Shown piece by piece: positions 45,725 through 60,046 of a stretch of 64,000 nt of DNA; position 1 is the first letter of the stretch; every line of letters begins with the position of its first letter. A model generated the notes under the pieces. The model ran no database searches and had not been told where the DNA came from. It was given only the letters and a program-made list of their open reading frames with translations. Origin of the DNA: Chrysomallon squamiferum (taxonomy: Eukaryota > Animalia > Mollusca); assembly GCA_012295275.1 (NCBI GenBank), contig CM022677.1, positions 18,600,001 to 18,664,000 on the forward strand, read 5' to 3'. A program made the translations under genes and the position numbers.

Positions 45725-46093
45725 CAGAGAGACAGAGAAAGAGAGGAACAGAGAGATAGACATAGAGACAGAGACAGAAGTATAGGAATATTGAGAGAGC
45801 AGAAAGAATATGTATGTTATGTAGAAGTGGTCAGACTGAAGATGAGACTGAAAATAAGAAATCACTGTGCAGTTTGGGAATATATTTGTTTAAAACATTT
45901 CAATATCGAAAAGTTTTGATTTGTTGGATATGTGTTATATTATTTATATTCTCAGAATATACAAAGTCTTCCACAATGACAATCGTGTTTAAACATGTCA
46001 TCAGAAACCGTCTTAAACCAGACATCAAACAAATATTTCCCTATTCGCAGTTTGTATCTCAGCGATATACAAGTTTTCTGAGATAGAAAAGAA

Positions 46094-46586
46094 ATGGATC
46101 ACATCAACGAAAGTTTGTTACAAAACAAAGAAGTGAAACAGAGAGAAAGGTGTAATCCAGGTAGCAGTGACGAGCCACTCATCAAACCAAATGGAGAAGA
46201 AAATTTAGAAAATTTTCTCAATCCTAACACTAAACGTACGCCAAGAGAAAAAGTGCGTGAAAAATGTGTCAAAGATAAAGACGCAGAAAAAGAGAAAAAG
46301 AAATTCTGGGCAGAGGTTATTGTCCTTTTTCTTTTCATCAACATCTTTCTGGTGATTGTTGTATGTCTAACTTTCACTACACCACGGGTGCAGTCACAAC
46401 GTCAAACCGTTGTGCAATGGGACGACGACGTCTGCTTTCCGTGCAAAGATGTTTATCTCACCGACGATGACAAAACTGACAACATGTACGACTTCGACGT
46501 TCGAGAAAATGGAATGCTCTGCTGTGCTGGTCGTGAGCGAAACCTGATCGACATCATAACAAAGGTTTTTATTATTATTATTATTA

Positions 46587-46624
<38 letters not shown>

Positions 46625-46628
46625 GTTA

Positions 46629-46677
<49 letters not shown>

Positions 46678-47867
46678 CATTATTGTTATTATTATTATTG
46701 TTATGCTTGTTGTTGCTCTTGTTGATGTTTTTATGTATGTATGTATGTATGTTCTTACATGTGAAATAAAATATGTTAATACTTTTCTACATTTCTATTT
46801 ATTCGCAGTTTGTAGAAACACAGTACCAGCAAGAGAGAGCCAAACGTGAGTAGTAAATCATTCTTAATATACAATAATATTCTTAATACATACAAAACTA
46901 AAAACTGACATTTGAGAAAATTTAAAAAGACAAAAGATCTTCTCTTTTTCTTTGTGTGTCTATTTGCCCTTGTCTGTCTTTCTGTTTCTCTGTCTGACTG
47001 TGTGTCACTCCGTAATACGTGAACACACACACACAGACACACACAGAGATACACACATACACACACAGACACACACATACACACACACACACACACACGC
47101 ACACAACATATATATATACCTACATCTCTAACAAAAATGGAAAACCCCAGAAAACACACAGGTATGTGTTAAACTATATATTCAGGCTTCGACAGTAAGG
47201 CACGTCTGAACGACATTGTCTAGTAAACGACTGGTTCGGTCTGATCACAACTGTTTCTAACTAGCCCGACTGGTCGAGTTAATAATGCATGAACGTGAAT
47301 TAATTTGCTATCAGTGATCCTGTCAACATTAATATATTCTATTTCTATTCAACACAGCGGAAATCCCCGGTTCTATAATTAGACGTGTTGTGCGCAGTGG
47401 GCAGTGAATAACTAAACAATACCGACTTCGTCCTAACCGCTGACTCATATTGAATTTTTTGTAGACGCGGGATTCGTTAGAACTCGGTCGATTCCGTACC
47501 TTGTTATACATTCGGAATATTTCGTACATTTCTTTGAAATATCAGCGTAGCGGAATGTGACGAGATGTTCCGACTGACCGAATCGACCGACAGATGCTCA
47601 ATGTAGAGTGTGCGTGTGCTAAATGCTAAATGCATAATTAAAAACATTAACGTCGAAATATATATATATATATTTTTTTTTAGATTCTGATTTACGTTTT
47701 GATGGGGAGAGTGACCGCTCAGCATATCTACGCGAAATTGACTGGGTGAGGTCAGGTGAGGTCAAAGTTCGTTAAACGTTAAAGAATAATGAATTATTAA
47801 AGTATTAAAAATCATTTTTAAATAACATATGTCTTCATTATGTTACTATATTAGCTATTTATTGTAA

Positions 47868-47910
<43 letters not shown>

Positions 47911-48063
47911 GTAATAATAATAATAATAATTATTATTATTATTATTAGTCTAATTATTAGTCTGTTTCTAGCTTTAATGTGGATTTGTAGCTGTGTATAA
48001 AAGATAGAGAGAAAACAGAGTTTCCTAAACAATTATGATTATTATTGTTATTATTATTATTAC

Positions 48064-48096
<33 letters not shown>

Positions 48097-48489
48097 GCAG
48101 AAGGACAGAATATACTCCATTGGAAACAAGACTCTTCGTTCATTGGGAAGAAGATGATGTACAAAGATGGCCGCATTCAAGTAAAAACGCCTGGCACGTG
48201 TTTTATTTACGCTCATCTTGTTTTCGTGAACAACCAAACACAAGACGACGTCACTTCTGTTCATTCCATCTGGCTTAGAAATGGCGGGAAACACGAAGAG
48301 AAATTACTCGAGTTTTTCCAGTCTCAGTATCGTGTGACGTCATCAGGGACAGCAGGGTTTACTCCCACTTACCAAGGCGCGTTGTTTGAACTGAAAGCAG
48401 ACGACAGTATTGAACTGCGCGTGCAGAACGTCAAAAATCTTGAAAAGGAGAACAACAAACACGACTTTGGAATTTATTGTTTTCAGTAA
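46094..48489 (+). CDS. TNF-superfamily ligand copy 4; exons 46094-46564, 46809-46845, 47684-47755, 48101-48489; 322 aa
   Basis: Open spliced frame of 471+37+72+389=969 nt. Exon 1 has an extra 60 nt in the cytoplasmic tail, shared with copy 2. Confidence 0.9.
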
Positions 48490-50233
48490 TTTTCTATAAC
48501 TAAGAAGTGGAGATGTCGTGACTTAGTAAAAGAAAATGATTAACACGAAACCCAAACTTACACATCACAGACATAACTTTTACTAACAAAAGTTTGATGA
48601 GAATCAGTTTTGTGAATTTAATATTATTACTGCTACTACTACAACTTCTACTGCTACTACTGTATCTTTTGTATATTTTTTATCTTATTTTATTTCTTGT
48701 ATATTTTTCTATCATAATAATAATAATGATGATGATGATGATGATAATAATAATAATCATAATAATAATATTGCTGTTCCTTTTGCTCATAATGGTCATT
48801 GAGATGGTGACAACGAATCTTCTGTTTAATTATGTGACCTTATCAAGTACAGGAAGTTCATGTACAAAGTCTTTTAGAACAGCAGTGTCAAAGTAGTGAA
48901 CTGCAGGAGGTCAAGAGTTTGTGAAACTGAAGCAGTTTATGTAATCGACTTCTCAGCTCTAATTGTCATGTATATTAACAGATGTATTGTGTTTTTGATT
49001 ATATCTTTGTTGAATATATTTCTTTCCAGTTATTTTTGTTTTATCTAACCATCAGGTGTTTTCTATTGGTTTGATTTGTTTAGTTTTTACAACTGTGATT
49101 TGTTTTGTGAATCTGATCAGTTTTCCAGAGTTACCATGTTGTAAATGTTAACATTGCTCTATCAGGAATTAACTAATATTAAACTTCTTTAATTTGAAAT
49201 ATCGTCTTGTTTGTTTATTCCTTAGACACGTGATTTCATGTAGTGAGTAACAAGTGGGTTACGTAGGTATATATATATATATTTGTATGTATGTATGTGT
49301 GTATGCATGAATCTATGTATGTGTGTATATATCTATGTAGGAATGTATTATGTATATATTGAAGTAGATAACCATTATTTTGGAGAATAGATGTTAATCT
49401 GAGATCAGACTGAACAAAGGAAACTGTGGATATTAAAACATCGTCTTGTTATAGCGGGGTATCTGGTGTCAACACTGTGTGTAATTGCAAGCAGACGTAA
49501 CACAGCAGTGATGTTATCAACTGATTGTGACGTCAACGTCCTGCTAAGCAGAACGTGATTTCATATACTTGCATATTCAAATACTTACACACAAAATGTT
49601 TCAGAAAGCACTTCACCGCAAGCTGACAAGTAGGAAGCCGTGTCCCGGGTACACGTGGGGTACACGTGGGGTACACGTGACGGATTAGAACACCTCACCG
49701 CTTACCTAATCTAGAGACTGCCAGTTTTGGCAGTCATCTGTTTTTAGCTGGGTGGGTAAAACCCAACTGAAGCGAAAAAATAATAATAATAACAGGTCTT
49801 ACTTATTATTGTTTTCGAAGAAATGCAGAATTTTATTTATTTATTTATTTATTTATTTTTCATATAATTCCCATTTTGATGTGTCCCGAGGTTCTACTAA
49901 ATCAACAAAGATCCGCCATTTTACTCTGATATTAGAGTCGTCAGAAAACATCAAAGGAACAATCACAGTTCGCAGTTTTAATGAACTGGAACAAAAAAAA
50001 TGGGTCTTGTCTAACTGCCACACGTAAACAAGCAAACAGGAATATTAATACGCCAACATAAATAAAAAAGCAAACAAAAAAGAAAAAGGAAATAAATAAA
50101 TAAAATAAATTAATTAATTAATTAATTAAATTTAATTTAATTTAAGAAATAAAGAAAATATGTACGCAAATGATCCATATATCTCTCTCTATCTATCTAT
50201 TCATCTATACATATATAAATGGTAAAAAAATAA

Positions 50234-50288
<55 letters not shown>

Positions 50289-51086
50289 GTAAAATAATTA
50301 ATAAGAATAATAATGATCATGATAATAATAATAATTAATAAAATTTTAAAAACTAAATAATAATTTTTAAAAACAGGAATTATAAATGGGATACAGATTT
50401 ATGAAATAAACACAAACGGACATTTAGAAAGTAAAATAAAAACATAATAATTAAAAAAAGAAAGAAAAACAAACACGTATTAAACGTTGTTACAAAAGAT
50501 AACTGCACTATTTATTCTTGATCCAGCTCTCTGAATCAAACAATTTCCCACTGAACATTAAAGTACGCCTTTCTTGGACACACAAGGGGAAAAAATATTA
50601 TGTATATGAAATACAACAACCAGGAAAACAAAAGAATAACAACAACAGAAAAAAAAAACAAAAAAAAAAAACAACAACAAACAACTATAAACAAAATAAA
50701 TCAATACTAGATAATCTTACGTATTTTTGATTACAAGGTCATGGTTAAGGTCATCTTCTTATCTACCCTTCCTATATATTTTTATCAATGTCTGTTGTCT
50801 CCAACAACGAAACCATGGAATTGAGTTACGTGTAGAAAGATAATGTGTATATGTATATGTATGTATGTGTGTGTATATATAACATTCTCTGAAACGAACC
50901 AGCAGAACACGCAACGAAAAAAAACAAAAAAACATCGAGCATAGCGTGATCAAAAACGAATTCAGTCGAGTGTGAAATTTAGACTGACTTATCTTGGCTT
51001 GGTATTTTTTTTTTTTTCCCCTTTGTTACATAGTTTTCGACAGAGAAATAGACAGAGAGAGAGAGATTGTTTTCAGTAATTTTCTA

Positions 51087-51138
<52 letters not shown>

Positions 51139-51249
51139 TTAAGAGAGAGAGAGAGAGAGATGATAGCAAAGAGATAACTTGAGTTAGAGAGAGAGTTGTA
51201 CATTTTTTCTAAATAAAGAGAGAGAGACAGACAGATAGATAATAATAGC

Positions 51250-51328
<79 letters not shown>

Positions 51329-51455
51329 GGATATAAAGAGATAAATAGAGAAATGAATTGGAGACACAGAGAGAGAGATGATAGAATGAAGGTGAGTATT
51401 GATATGTGTATTAGATAGATTGTCCAAGAGAGACAGATAAAGAGAGAAATCACAC

Positions 51456-51517
<62 letters not shown>

Positions 51518-52209
51518 AAGAAGACGAAGAATAAAGTTCGTGAGATTGTGCTGATGAACAAACAACTAATAAAGACGAGATTAAACTCTGACGTATATTT
51601 TCAGTCTCCCTCAGCGAATGACGTAACGACATTATCATTTTCGTATATTGAAACAATGTATCACAGGTTAGCTAGGTGACGTATGACAGCGATATCTTGA
51701 AAAGTCTTGTATCGAGAGAACAATAGTTTCAATTATGTTCTTAATTACTCAGTCTGCCGGAACTTTTTGAGGTATATGGTTCTTCGAGTTACAAATACTT
51801 AGTAGGCTTTGTCCATGTACGTAGGTGTTTGTGTGAGTATGTGAGTCAACGTGCGATCTTCAAAATAGCGTGCGCATTAGGAATGTGAAATAGCTCTATT
51901 GCTGTCAGGCAGAATATCAAACAACACAACCAGTTCAAGACAACACTACAACGATCTAAAAGCAATTCGTAAGAAAAAAGACAAAACAAAAGAAATATAT
52001 TACTTATAATTTGTTTTGGCTGTACTTGTTTCTGTGTTTGTTATTTTGTCTTTCGTTCATTTATTCGTTCTTTGTTTCATTCACTTGATTTCATTTTTCC
52101 AGTACTAACAAATAAAAAGATAAGCTAGTACGAAAAACTATTTCTAAGCTATTTCTTGTTTCTCTCATTTTATTTCTTCAGTATCGTTGAATACTGCTTA
52201 ATTCTCTGA

Positions 52210-55200
52210 ATGTTTCTTTCTCTCTCTCTGTGTCACTCTTTTTCTGTCTCTCTCTCTGTGTCACTCTTTTCTGTCTCTCTCTGTGTCTTTCTTTTTATTC
52301 GTTCTTTGTTTCATTTTTTCTCTGTGTTTATATATTTCTTTTTCTTTTCTTTTCTTTCTCAGTGTCTTTCTTTTCTGTCTCTCTCAGTGTCTTTCTTTTT
52401 TCTCTCTCTTGTCTTTCTTCTTTCTCTCTCTTTCTCTTTTTCTCTTCTCTCTTTCTTTCTTTCTTTTTTTCTCTCTCTCTTTCTGTGTCTTTTTTTTTTT
52501 TTCTCTCAGTGTCTTTCTTTTCTCTCTCTCAGTCTTTCTTTTTCTGTCTCTTTCTTTTTTTTTCTCTCTCTCTCAGTCTTTCTTTCTCTGTCTTTCTTTT
52601 TTTCTGTCTCTCTCAGTGTCTTTCTTTTTCTGTCTCTCTCTGTGTCTTTCTTTTTCTGTCTCTCTCTGTGTCTTTCTTTTTTTTGTCTCTCTCAGTGTCT
52701 TTCTTTCTTTTCTGTGTCTTTCTTTTTCTCTGTCTTTCTTTTCTTTTCTTTTTTTTTCTCTCTCTCTCAGTGTCTTTCTTTTTTCTCTCTCTCTCAGTGT
52801 CTTTCTTTTTTCTGTCTCTTTCTTTTCTCTCTCTCTTCTTTTTTTCTGTCTCTCTCAGTGTCTTTCTTTTTGTCTTTCTTTTTCTGTCTCTCTCTGTGTC
52901 TTTCTTTTTCTGTCTCTCTCTGTCTTTCTTTTTTTCTCTCTGTGTCTGTCTTTTTTTCTCTCTCTCTCAGTGTCTTTCTTTTTCTGTCTCTCTCTGTGTC
53001 TTTTTTTTTTTTCTGTCTCTCTCTCTTGTCTTTCTTTTCTGTCTCTCTCTCTTTCTTTCTTTCTCTCTCTCTCTTTTCTTTTCTCTCTCTCTCTCTTTCT
53101 TCTCTCTCTGTCTTTCTTTTTTGTCTCTGTGTCTTTCTTTTTTCTCTCTCAGTCTCTTTCTTTTCTGTCTTTCAGTGTCTTTTTTTCTGTCTTCTCTGTC
53201 TTTCTCTTTGTCTCTCTCAGTGTCTTTCTTTTCTCTCTCTCTCAGTCTTTCTTTTTCTCTCTCTCTCAGTCTTTCTTTTTTTTTTCTTTTCTCTCTCTCT
53301 GTGTCTTTCTTTTTCTGTCTCTCTCAGTGTCTTTCTTTTTTCTGTCTCTCTCTGTGTCTTTCTTTTTTCTGTCTCTCTGTCTTTCTTTTCTTTTTCTGTC
53401 TTTCTTTTTCTGTCTCTCTCAGTGTCTTTTTTTTCTGTCTCTCTCAGTGTCTTTCTTTCTTCTCTCAGTGTCTTTCTTTTCTGTCTCTCTGTGTCTTTCT
53501 TTTTTCTGTCTCTCTCAGTCTTTCTTTTTTTCTGTCTTTCTTTTCTCTCTCTTGTCTTTCTTTTTCTGTCTCTCTCAGTGTCTTTCTTTTTCTGTCTCTC
53601 TCAGTGTCTTTCTTTTTCTGTCTCTCTCTCTCTTTCTTTTCTTTTTCTGTCTTCTCTCTCTGTCTTTTTTTTTCTCTCTCTTTCTTTTTTTCTCTCTCTT
53701 CTTTTTTTTCTCTCTCTCTGTCTCTTTTCTGTCTTTCTTTTTTTTGTCTCTCTCAGTGTCTTTCTTTTTTTTTTTCTCTCTCTTTCTTTTCTGTCTCTCT
53801 CTTTCTTTCTTTTTCTCTCTCTCTCAGTGTCTTTCTTTTTTCTTTTCTCTCTCAGTGTCTTTCTTTTTCTCTCTCTCAGTGTCTTTTCTTTTCTCTCTGT
53901 CTTTCTTTTCTGTCTCTCTGTCTTTCTTTTTGTCTCTCTCAGTGTCTTTTTTTTTTCTGTCTCTCTCAGTGTCTTTCTTTTTCTTTTTCTCTCTCAGTGT
54001 CTTTCTTTTTCTCTTTCTTTCTCTCTCAGTGTCTTTCTTTTTTGTCTCTCTCTTGTCTTTCTTTTTTGTCTCTCTCTCAGTGTCTTTCTTTTTCTGTCTC
54101 TCAGTGTCTTTCTTTTTTCTCTCTTCTGTCTTTTTTTTCTCTCTCTCTCTCTCTTTTTTTGTCTCTCTCAGTGTCTTTCTTTTTCTGTCTCTCTCAGTGT
54201 CTTTCTTTTTCTGTCTCTCTCTGTGTCTTTCTTTTTTTTGTCTCTCTCAGTGTCTTTCTTTTTGTCTCTCTCTTTCAGTCTCTTTTCTTTTTTCTCTCTC
54301 TCTCAGTGTTTTTCTTTTTGTCTCTCTCAGTGTCTTTCTTTTTCTCTTCTCTCTCAGTGTCTTTCTTTTTCTCTCTCTCTCTGTCTTTCTTTTTCTGTCT
54401 CTCTCAGTGTCTTTCTTTTTCTGTCTCTCTCTGAGTCTTTCTTTTTCTGTCTCTCTCAGTGTCTTTCTTTTTCTCTCTCTCTCAGTCTTTCTTTTTCTGT
54501 CTCTCTCAGTGTCTTTCTTTTTTTGTCTCTCTCAGTGTCTTTCTTTTTCTGTCTCTCTGTCTTTCTTTTTCTGTCTCTCTTTTTCTTTTTCTCTCTCTCT
54601 CAGTGTCTTTCTTTTTCTGTCTCTCTCAGTGTCTTTCTTTTCTCTCTCTTTCTTTTCTGTCTTTTTTTTTCTGTCTCTCTCTCGGTGTCTTTCTTTTTCT
54701 CTCTCAGTGTCTTTTTTTCTCTCTCTCAGTGTCTTTCTTTTTCTGTCTCTCTCTCTGTCTTTCTTTTCTGTTGTCTTTCTTTTTTCTGTCTCTCTCAGTC
54801 TTTTCTTTTTCTCTGTCTTTCTTTTTCTCTCTCTCAGTGTCTTTTTTTTCTTTTCTCTTTCTTTTTCTTTCTCTCTCTCTGTCTTTCTTTTTCTTTCTCT
54901 CTCTCAGTGTCTTTCTTTTTTTTTGTCTCTCTCTGTGTCTTTCTTTTTCTGTCTCTCTCTTTCTTTTTGTCTTTCTTTTTTTTCTGTCTCTCTCTGTGTC
55001 TTTCTTTTTCTGTCTCTCTCTGTGTCTTTCTTTTTTTTCTGTCTCTCTCAGTGTCTTTCTTTTCTCTCTCTCTCTCTTTCTTTTTGTCTTTCTTTTTCTC
55101 TCTCTTTGTCTTTCTTTTTTCTCTCTCAGTGTCTTTCTTTTTCTGTCTCTCTCAGTCTTTTTCTTTTTCTTTCTCTCTCTTTCTTTTCTCTCAGTGTCTT

Positions 55201-58010
55201 TCTTTTTCTGTCTTTTTTCTCTCAGTGTCTTTTTTTTTTTCTCTCTTCTCTGTCTTTTCTTTTTCTGTCTTTCTTTTCTCTCTCTCAGTGTCTTTCTTTT
55301 TCTCTCTCTCTCTGTCTTTCTTTTTCTGTCTCTCTCTGTCTTTCTTTTCTCTCTCTCTCTCAGTCTTTCTTTTTCTTTTTCTCTGTCTTTCTTTTTTGTG
55401 TCTTTTCTTTTTCTTTCTCTCTCAGTGTCTTTCTTTTTTGTCTCTCTCAGTGTCTTTCTTTTCTTTTTCTCTCTTTCTGTCTTTCTTTCTCTCTCTCTGT
55501 GTCTTTTCTTTTTTTCTTTCTCTCTCTCTTTGTCTTTCTTTTTCTTCTTTCTTTCTCTCTCTTGTCTTTCTTTTTTTTTCTCTCTCTCAGTGTCTTTCTT
55601 TTTCTGTCTCTCTCAGTCTCTTTCTTTTTCTCTCTCTCAGTTCTTCTTTTTTTCTCTCTCTTTGTCTTTCTTTTTTTTGTCTCTCTCAGTGTCTTTCTTT
55701 TTCTGTCTCTCTCAGTGTCTTTCTTTTCTCTCTCTCAGTGTCTTTCTTTTTTCTGTCTTTTCTGTCTTTCTTTTCTGTCTCTCTGTCTTTCTTTTTCTCT
55801 CTCTCTCTCTTTGTCTTTCTTTTCTCTCTCTTTTTCTGTCTCTCTCAGTGTTTTTTTCTTCTCTCTCAGTGTCTTTCTTTTTTTCTCTCTCTGTCTTTCT
55901 TTTTCTCTCTCAGTGTCTTTCTTTTTCTGTCTCTCTCAGTGTCTTTCTTTTCTCTCTCTCTTGTCTTCTTTTTCTTCTCTCTCTTGTCTTTTTTTTTTTC
56001 TCTCTCTCTGTGTCTTTCTTTTTCTGTCTCTCTCAGTGTCTTTCTTTTTCTCTCTCTCTCAGTGTCTTTCTTTTCTCTCTCTCAGTGTCTTTCTTTTTTT
56101 TCTCTCTCTTTTCTCTTTTCTTTTTCTGTCTTTCTTTTTCTCTCTCTCTGTGTCTTTCTTTTTCTGTCTCTCTCAGTGTCTTTCTTTTTCTGTCTCTCTC
56201 AGTGTCTTTCTTTTTTTTCTCTCTCTCTCAGTGTCTTTCTTTTTTCTCTCTCTCTGTTTCTTTTTTTTCTCTCTCTGTCTTTCTTTTTCTGTCTCTCTCT
56301 GTCTTTCTTTTTCTCTCTCTCTCTCTTGTCTTTCTTTTTTGTCTCTCTCTCTGTCTTTCTTTTTCTGTCTCTCTCAGTGTCTTTCTTTCTCTCTCTCTCT
56401 CTTTTTTTTTTTCTCTCTCTCTCTCTCAGTGTCTTTCTTTTTCTCTCTCTCAGTGTCTTTCTTTTTTCTGTCTCTCTCTGTGTCTTTCTTTTCTTTCTCT
56501 CTGTGTCTTTTTTTTTTGTCTCTCTCTGTGTCTTTCTTTTCTCTCTCTCTCAGTCTTTTCTTTTTCTCTCTCTCAGTGTCTTTCTTTTTTCTCTCTCTCA
56601 GTGTTTCTTTTTTTCTCTGTCTCTTTTTCTGTCTTTTTTTCTTTCTCTCTCTGTCTTTCTTTTTCTGTCTCTCTCAGTGTCTTTCTTTTTCTCTCTCTCT
56701 TTCTCTCTCAGTGTCTTTCTTTTTCTGTCTCTCTCAGTGTCTTTCTTTTCTTTCTTTCTTCTCTCTTTCTTTTTTCTGTCTCTCAGTTCTTTCTTTTTCT
56801 CTCTCTCTCGTGTCTTTTTTTTGTCTCTCTCAGTGTCTTTCTTTTTTCTCTCTCAGTGTCTTTCTTTTCTGTCTCTTTCTTTTTCTTTTTTTCTCTCTCT
56901 CAGTGTCTTTCTTTTTCTGTCTCTCTCTGTGTCTTTCTTTTTCTGTCTCTCTCAGTGTCTTTCTTTTTCTGTCTCTCTCAGTGTCTTTCTTTTTCTGTCT
57001 CTCTCAGTGTCTTTCTTTTTCTCTCTCTCTCTTTCTTTTCTGTCTCTTTCTTTTTCTCTCTTTCTCTCTCAGTGTCTTTCTTTTTTCTGTCTCTCTCTTT
57101 CTGTCTTTCTTTTTCTTTTTTTCTGTCTCTCTCAGTGTCTTTCTTTTTTCTGTCTCTCTCTGTGTCTTTCTTTTCTGTCTCTCTCAGTGTCTTTCTTTTT
57201 TTGTCTCTCTCTCAGTGTCTTTCTTTTTTGTCTCTCTCTCTCTTTCTTTTTTCTCTCTCTCAGTGTCTTTCTTTTTTCTGTCTCTCTCAGTGTCTTTCNN
57301 NNNNNNNNNNNNNNNNNNNNNNNNNNNNNNNNNNNNNNNNNNNNNNNNNNNNNNNNNNNNNNNNNNNNNNNNNNNNNNNNNNNNNNNNNNNNNNNNNNNN
57401 NNNNNNNNNNNNNNNNNNNNNNNNNNNNNNNNNNNNNNNNNNNNNNNNNNNNNNNNNNNNNNNNNNNNNNNNNNNNNNNNNNNNNNNNNNNNNNNNNNTC
57501 CTCTCAGGTCTTTTCTGTCTCTCAGTGACTTTCTTTTCTGTCTCTCTGTGTCTTTCTTTTTTCTCTGTCTCTCTGTCTGTGTCTTTCTTTTCTGCCTCTC
57601 TCTGTGTCTTTCTTTTTTCTTTTTCCTCTCAGTGTCTTTCTTTTCTGTGTCTCTAGTGTCTTTCTTTTCATCCTCTCTCTGTGTCTTTCTTTTTCTGTCT
57701 CTCTGTGTCTTTCTTTTTCTGCCTCTCTCAGTGTCTTTCTTTTTCTGTCTCTCTGTGTCTTTCTTTTTCTGTCTCTCTCCGTCTCTTTCTTTTTCTGCCT
57801 GTCTCAGTGCTTTCTCTTTCTGTCTCTCTGTGTCTTTCTTTTTCTGTCTCTCTCAGTCTTTCTTTTTCTGTCTCTCTCAGTGTCTTTCTTTTTCTGTCTC
57901 TCTCAGTGTTTTTCTTTTTCTGTCTCTCTCTGTGTCTTTCTGTTTCTGTCTCTCTCAGTGTCTTTCTCTTTTCTGTCTCTCTCTCTGTCTTTCTTTTTCT
58001 GTGTCTCTCA
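52210..58010. repeat. 26-bp pyrimidine-rich minisatellite, over 5 kb, spans an assembly gap
   Basis: Same consensus with many indels; source of the spurious 1000-1900 aa S/L/F ORFs. Confidence 0.9.
57299..57498. other. Assembly gap (200 N)
   Basis: Run of N. Confidence 1.
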
Positions 58011-58890
58011 GTTTATCTGTCCGGGTTTGTACTTCTGTCTGACAATCTCTCGGCTGTTTTACAGCTGATGTTAAATCATTTTTTATCTTTTGCTGATTCC
58101 TTTCAACTCTTTTCTAACTTACATGACTATTTGTTATTTCTGGTCTGTTATACTACTTGCAGTTCCAAAAATAAGGGTATATTCTCCATTTTGGTTTGAT
58201 AATATTTTGTGAAAATATCTCATATATAATCAGCTACTGATTCGCACACACAGACACATATACATACAGACACATAGACACACGGAGGCACATACACACA
58301 GGCACATAGACGTACAGACACACACAAGGAAAGAAGAAAAGGACACAGTGTCTTTTGAAAAGTTCTAAATCGTTAACTACATTGGTAAAAATAATCCTTT
58401 ATCTTTTTTCTTTTATTGTTTCTTCAAGCGTGTGAAATTAAGCATAATCACTAAAAATAATACAAAATAAATCAATAAGAATAGAACACTATAGAATATT
58501 TGCCCCTTTGAGATTAAATAAAACGTAAACGTGTTTTAAGTCTCTGTTTTATTTTGAAATGTAGATTATCTGCATCATGCGTGTCACTTCGCGATTCAAA
58601 TAAAACATTCTATTTATAGATTAAAATAAAGTTTTCAAACGGGTACCATGCTCGGGTAATGTGAGACAACAAATTACTCGTAATAAATCTAAAGGGACGT
58701 TCACTCAAAATAATACATATTAACTCTTTTTAATACATAATTATTATTACAATAAGATGATACAAATGCATAAACTAGTGTGTTTTCCCCTTTACCAGTA
58801 TCGTAATATTGTTACTAACCTTCATTTATGATAAATTATTAAAATACGAGTGTATAAAATAATTATAATATATTATCCATTATAAATATG

Positions 58891-58933
<43 letters not shown>

Positions 58934-59356
58934 ATGTATCTATGTACAGACACATATTTTAAAACCATTATAATAAATGTATTATTATATAGTTGAATTT
59001 ACAGTATTTTTTCAAATGTTGCTGTGAAATAGCGATGATACTAAAATCGTTATTATAATTATATTAGTCTCCTTGGATATTGCTTCAGTTATATATTAAA
59101 CCGGTTTGGAAAGAGATCAGGCGGGATAACCAGTCTTTTTCTTTTGCTTAACGTTTCATAACAGAGTTACTTCCCATGTCGTAAACTCGACAAAAATTTA
59201 AATAGTGTTGACAATTGTTACGTTTGTTTAAACCAAACTGGATTATACGTGTATTAAGAAAGCTCAAATAACACTCATAAACAGTTTACTTATTTGTTTA
59301 ATATGTGACATAGTGTTGTCATTATATATATTTAAATTCATCGTAATTATTATTAA

Positions 59357-59422
<66 letters not shown>

Positions 59423-59764
59423 TGTTGTTTTGTTGTTGTTGTTGTTAAGTTTTGTGATTTTTAATTAATTAATAATATGTAAACATATATAAATCGAGCC
59501 TGTCAAAAATGAAAACATATCAAGCGAATCATCCGGTTCACTGTTGTTGCTGTATTTTCTACTACAACAACAACGGCTACGACGTCAACAAGAATAATAA
59601 ATACAAAAATTCATCTAAACAGAAAATAATAATATTCATAATAACAATAAAAAAAAAAATAATAATAATTAATGGACGAATAAATGAACTAATAACTTTC
59701 TACCTTTCTACTTTTCACACGCATTAGTGCGTGTGACACTTTTTGTTGTCTTTTATCTCTCTGT

Positions 59765-60046
59765 CATTACATCTACAAACACCACTTAAACGACGCCGAC
59801 TGGTTCATCAAAGCAGACGTCGATACTTACGTCATCGTAGAAAACTTACGTTACTTCCTCTCCACTAAAAACACGTCAGTTTTTCAAGAAGCTTGCTACG
59901 TGCTCAGTAAAGAAACACTGACACGCTTTAGCACCAGGGGAAATAACTCTACGATCTGCAGACAATGTGGTTCAAAAGAAGATGTAGTAATAGCAAATTG
60001 TCTTAAAAGACTGAGTGTTAAACCGATAGCTGGTACTAACAAATAA
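59765..60046 (+). pseudogene. C1GALT1: core-1 beta-1,3-galactosyltransferase (T-synthase, GT31)-like gene fragment
   Basis: ATG-less frame HYIYKHHLNDADWFIKADVDTYVIVENLRYFLSTKNTS-VFQEACYVLSKETLTRF...C....SKEDVVIANCLKRLSVKP resembles C1GALT1 ([24 protein letters not shown]...GAGYVLSKEALKRF...EDLALGRC). The PIYFG...YMSGG segment is deleted and there is no start codon or AG acceptor. Orthology is not established. Confidence 0.8.

Noticed and set aside
52210-58199. Very long ORFs (up to 1919 aa) rich in S/L/F/C
   Set aside because: Stop-free translations of the 26-bp pyrimidine minisatellite in all three frames; the same applies to 20600-22477 and 36905-39325.
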